From an uncultured Acidimicrobiia bacterium (GTDB lineage Bacteria > Actinomycetota > Acidimicrobiia > Spongiisociales > ZC4RG35): a stretch of 64,000 nucleotides of DNA. The position numbers and the translations under genes were made by a program. The DNA lies in NCBI GenBank assembly GCA_964195235.1, contig CAXMOW010000006.1, positions 4,477 to 68,476 on the forward strand. The letters run 5' to 3'. Shown in pieces: positions 60,769-64,000 of this stretch. Below the pieces are notes generated by a model, which was not told the DNA's origin, did no database searches, and worked only from the letters and a program-made list of their open reading frames with translations. The number at the start of each line of letters is the position of its first letter. Positions within the stretch are counted from its first letter, which is position 1.

Positions 60769-61721
60769 CCAACGGTCACGCCGTGACCGTTGCCGTAACT
60801 GGTGGCAGTGGAGTGGTAGGGGCGGCTGTTGTCAGACATCTCGTCGACGCCGGGCACCAGGTCAGGGCTCTCGCCCGATCCACCTCGTCCGGTGCTTCAG
60901 TTGCCGCGCTGGGTGCGACTCCGGTACCAGGCGATGTCCTCGACCCGACGAGTCTTGTCGAATTGGTGAGCGGCAGTTCCTGGGTATTCCACGTGGCGGG
61001 TGTCAACCAACTATGCGCGCGCGATCCAAAACGGATGTGGAACGTCAACGTCGAGGGGACCCGTCTTGTGGTCAACGCATGCCGCCGAGCTGGTGTAGAG
61101 CGAATGGTGCTCACCTCTTCCGCTGTGACGATCGGTGACCACGAACCGTTCCTGTCCGACTACGAGCGAACCAAAACCGAGGCGGAGAGGCTGGCCTTCT
61201 CAGAGGCACGTGGCCTCGAAGTGGTGGCTGTCAACCCTTCTTCTGTCCAAGGCCCGGGACGGGCTACAGGCACGGGGGCGCTGATTCTGAACGCCGCACG
61301 GGGCAAACTGCGGTACCTCGTCGACAGCACTATCTCGCTCGTCGACATCAACGACTGTGCCCGTGGCCACCTGCTTGCCGCGGTTCGAGGTCGGCCAGGG
61401 GAGCGTTACGTGCTCAGCGGTGCCACGATTGCGGTTTCAGAGGCTGTCGACTTGCTCAACGAGATCACAGGACGGTCGTTGAACCCGCGCTACCTGCCGC
61501 TTTGGCAGTTACGTACCCTTGGCGTGATCGGCGAGTTGGCGGCGAAGTTGTTGCGTCGAACACCGCCGATTTGTCGTGAGACGGTGAGGGTGATGACGCA
61601 AAACCACCGCTACGACGGCTCGAGGGCGACCGAAGATCTACGTCTCACATACACCCCGATCCGGCAAACGATCGAAGAAACCGTCGAGTGGTTCCGATTG
61701 GAGGGGTTGCTCGGAGTCTGA
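60765..61721 (+). CDS. NAD-dependent epimerase/dehydratase (HpnA/DFR-like)
   Basis: VTGGSGVVG, VFH.AG, NV.GT, TSS, YERTK, VD..D.ARGH, GERY. Confidence 0.88.
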   Translation: MTNGHAVTVAVTGGSGVVGAAVVRHLVDAGHQVRALARSTSSGASVAALGATPVPGDVLDPTSLVELVSGSSWVFHVAGVNQLCARDPKRMWNVNVEGTRLVVNACRRAGVERMVLTSSAVTIGDHEPFLSDYERTKTEAERLAFSEARGLEVVAVNPSSVQGPGRATGTGALILNAARGKLRYLVDSTISLVDINDCARGHLLAAVRGRPGERYVLSGATIAVSEAVDLLNEITGRSLNPRYLPLWQLRTLGVIGELAAKLLRRTPPICRETVRVMTQNHRYDGSRATEDLRLTYTPIRQTIEETVEWFRLEGLLGV

Positions 61722-61751
61722 GTATCTTTCCATCACCTACCCGGAGATCAC

Positions 61752-63686
61752 ATGGGCGACCACGCTCACTTTCACCCTGACGGCAAACCGGCTTCCCAAT
61801 TCACCAAGGCCTTTCAAGCTACTCAGAAGGAGTCACTTCCTTTCCACGATCGGAGAGACTTCGAAGAGCACCAAAGGGGTTTCATAGCTCGCCCTGAATA
61901 TGACCAGATCTTGACCGAGGCCGGGACCGTGGCTTGGGACATGGCGAGATATCGGTTTCTTCTCGAAGAAACCGAGTTCGACAGCATTCACCCGTCGTTG
62001 CAGCGGCAGGCCGTCCTCAATATGAACTACGGCTTGTACGAGGTCATGGAGGGCATCTATCAGGTACGCGGCTTCGACCTTGCCAACGTGACATTCATTC
62101 GGGGTGAAACTGGATGGATTGTCTTCGACACCGCGACCGCAGTCGAGACAGCCCAAGCCGCCCACCAGCTGATCAACGAGCATGTGGAGGATTTGCCGGT
62201 GAGTGCGGTTGTCCATTCTCACTCCCACGCCGACCACTTCGGTGGTGTGAAGGGTCTCGTCGACGAGTCCGATGTCCTGGCCGGCAAGATCCCCGTCATC
62301 GCCCCACACGGCTTCTTGGAGCATGCGGTCTCCGAGAACGTATACGCCGGAAACGCAATGAGCAGGAGGCTTTTCTTCCAATACGGCGTCCTCACTGCGG
62401 CCAACCCATTTGGCCATGTCGATCAGTCCATCGGCAAGAATGTCGGAGTCGGTGAGATCACACTCATACCACCTACGATGGTGATCACCGACGATGTCGA
62501 AGAACACGTCGTCGATGGTGTGCGGATGATCTTCCAGAACACTCCCGGCACCGAGGCTCCTGCCGAGATGAACACGTACTTCCCGGACAAGAAGGCATTT
62601 TGGGCCGCCGAGAACATCACAGCCACGATTCACAACATCTACACCTTGCGGGGCGCTCTGGTCCGGGACGCATTGCTGTGGTCGAAGAAGATCGGTGAGG
62701 CCCTCTATATGTTCGGTCATGAAGCTGAAGCGATGTTTTCGTCGCACAATTGGCCACGTTGGGGCAACGATCGAATCCAGGAGGTAATGAGAGCGCAGCG
62801 CGACGCCTACGCCCATCTCAACAACAGAGTGCTCCATCTTGCTAATCAGGGTGTGACGATCAACGAGATCCACAATGTCTACGAGCCGCCGCCGTCATTA
62901 AAGGAGCAATGGGCCGCTCATTCCTATCACGGTTCCGAGATGCACAACAGCAGAGCAATAATCAATCGGTATCTTGGGTATTGGGATGGCAACCCGACCA
63001 CACTGATCCCGCTGTCACCCCGCGATTCGGCGCCTCTTTACGTGGAGATGATGGGCGGCGCAAACCCGATTCTGGCAAAAGGCCGGGAGCTCTACGACGG
63101 CGGTTTGTATCGCGAAGCGCAGGAGATCGTCAACAAGCTGGTTTACGCCGAACCCGAAAATGTTGAGGCCAAGAATCTCTTGGCTGACATCTTTGAACAG
63201 CTCGGCTACCAGATGGAAAGTCCCAGTCTCCGCAACAGTTTCTTGTCGGCCGCCCTCGAGCTTCGGTCGGGTATTCCCGCTGGGGCATCACCAGACACCG
63301 GCTCAGCTGATGTTGTCGGCGCCCTAACCACCGAGATGTTCTTCGACTACCTCGCCATTCGGATGGACAGCACTTTGGTCGAGGGGGTCGAGTTCACGGC
63401 CAACATCATCCATCCCGACGTCGGGGAGAAGTATGTGGTGGAGCTGTCCAACTCCACGCTCACCACTCAGAAGGGGTTCGAGCTCCCGACCTCGGACATT
63501 TCGGTGACGGTCGATCGTGCCGAGTTCCGGAGGGTCATCCTCGGTGAGACGTCGTTGCCTGATTTGGCAGCCGAAGGCACGGCTCAGGTCGTGGGTGATC
63601 TTGGTCCTCTCAACGTAATGCTTAGTGCCCTGGTCGAGTTCGATCTCTTGTTTGAGATGATGCCGGGAACGGCGCAAAGGAAGTAG
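61752..63686 (+). CDS. Alkyl sulfatase (SdsA1/BDS1-like MBL with dimerisation and SCP2 domains)
   Basis: IYQVRGFDLAN, HSHADHFGG, TPGTEAPAEM, HNIYTLRGA.VRD, HNWP.WG, YHGS..HN; no signal peptide. Confidence 0.92.
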   Translation: MGDHAHFHPDGKPASQFTKAFQATQKESLPFHDRRDFEEHQRGFIARPEYDQILTEAGTVAWDMARYRFLLEETEFDSIHPSLQRQAVLNMNYGLYEVMEGIYQVRGFDLANVTFIRGETGWIVFDTATAVETAQAAHQLINEHVEDLPVSAVVHSHSHADHFGGVKGLVDESDVLAGKIPVIAPHGFLEHAVSENVYAGNAMSRRLFFQYGVLTAANPFGHVDQSIGKNVGVGEITLIPPTMVITDDVEEHVVDGVRMIFQNTPGTEAPAEMNTYFPDKKAFWAAENITATIHNIYTLRGALVRDALLWSKKIGEALYMFGHEAEAMFSSHNWPRWGNDRIQEVMRAQRDAYAHLNNRVLHLANQGVTINEIHNVYEPPPSLKEQWAAHSYHGSEMHNSRAIINRYLGYWDGNPTTLIPLSPRDSAPLYVEMMGGANPILAKGRELYDGGLYREAQEIVNKLVYAEPENVEAKNLLADIFEQLGYQMESPSLRNSFLSAALELRSGIPAGASPDTGSADVVGALTTEMFFDYLAIRMDSTLVEGVEFTANIIHPDVGEKYVVELSNSTLTTQKGFELPTSDISVTVDRAEFRRVILGETSLPDLAAEGTAQVVGDLGPLNVMLSALVEFDLLFEMMPGTAQRK

Positions 63687-63704
63687 CCGTCAGCCGGTAG
63701 CCTC

Positions 63705-64000
63705 GTGACCGCACCTCTCGCACCACTTCTTGCCGGTTGGCGCGCAGCGCCGTTGCCCGATCTCGACTCGGTCTGGGCGGTCTCGCCTGGAGGTAGGGCG
63801 TTTGCGATAGCGGGTGTATTCGAATCGGTTGGCCAGACCCTGCTTGTGGTGATACCTGGTGAGGCTGACGCCGAGGAGCTGGTCGATGACCTTCGGCTCT
63901 TCACAGAACACGTGGTCTTCGCCCCGGCATGGGAGACCTTGCCGTTTGAACATGTTTCTCCAAACACCGCCACGATGGCGCTGAGATCCGAGGCACGGCA
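63705..64000 (+). CDS. mfd: Transcription-repair coupling factor, 5' part (runs off window; absent from the ORF track)
   Basis: Translation from GTG 63705 gives LLVV.P....AE.L..DL..F...V...PAWETLPFE.VSP...TM..R. Confidence 0.85.
   Translation, partial: MTAPLAPLLAGWRAAPLPDLDSVWAVSPGGRAFAIAGVFESVGQTLLVVIPGEADAEELVDDLRLFTEHVVFAPAWETLPFEHVSPNTATMALRSEAR

Overview
A roughly 60% GC, gene-dense bacterial chromosome segment. It is most consistent with an actinobacterium, probably Acidimicrobiia; this is inferred from the Rho N-terminal insertion, the deoC-aldh-aldh block, NiSOD, Thr-rich lipoproteins and many apparently leaderless genes. In order it holds: a polyamine-binding lipoprotein; a TetR-linked GcvT-like/COG1233/amine-oxidase cluster; thrC-rho-rpmE-DUF1385-prfA-prmC-tsaC-glyA; a complete H+-type F1Fo ATP synthase operon; an adenylate cyclase-STAND-TPR protein; paaABCDE-paaR; argGH; korAB; sodN; metG; deoC/aldehyde dehydrogenases; pgl; rplY-pth-glpK-pgsA; an alkyl sulfatase; and the 5' end of mfd. 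I saw no tRNA, rRNA, CRISPR array or transposase. The most unusual signals are: (1) a single ORF fusing the NiSOD maturation protease SodX to an AlkA-type DNA glycosylase, divergent from a sodN whose nickel hook has Tyr in place of the conserved Pro; (2) a 164-bp palindromic element between atpA and atpG whose stem mismatches are nearly all G-U pairs only on the antisense strand; (3) an internally deleted relic of a Rieske/glutamate-synthase-like gene; (4) a pgsA that appears to start at ATC; (5) near-perfect Rex and PaaR operator palindromes. All family calls come from motif recognition, not database searches.
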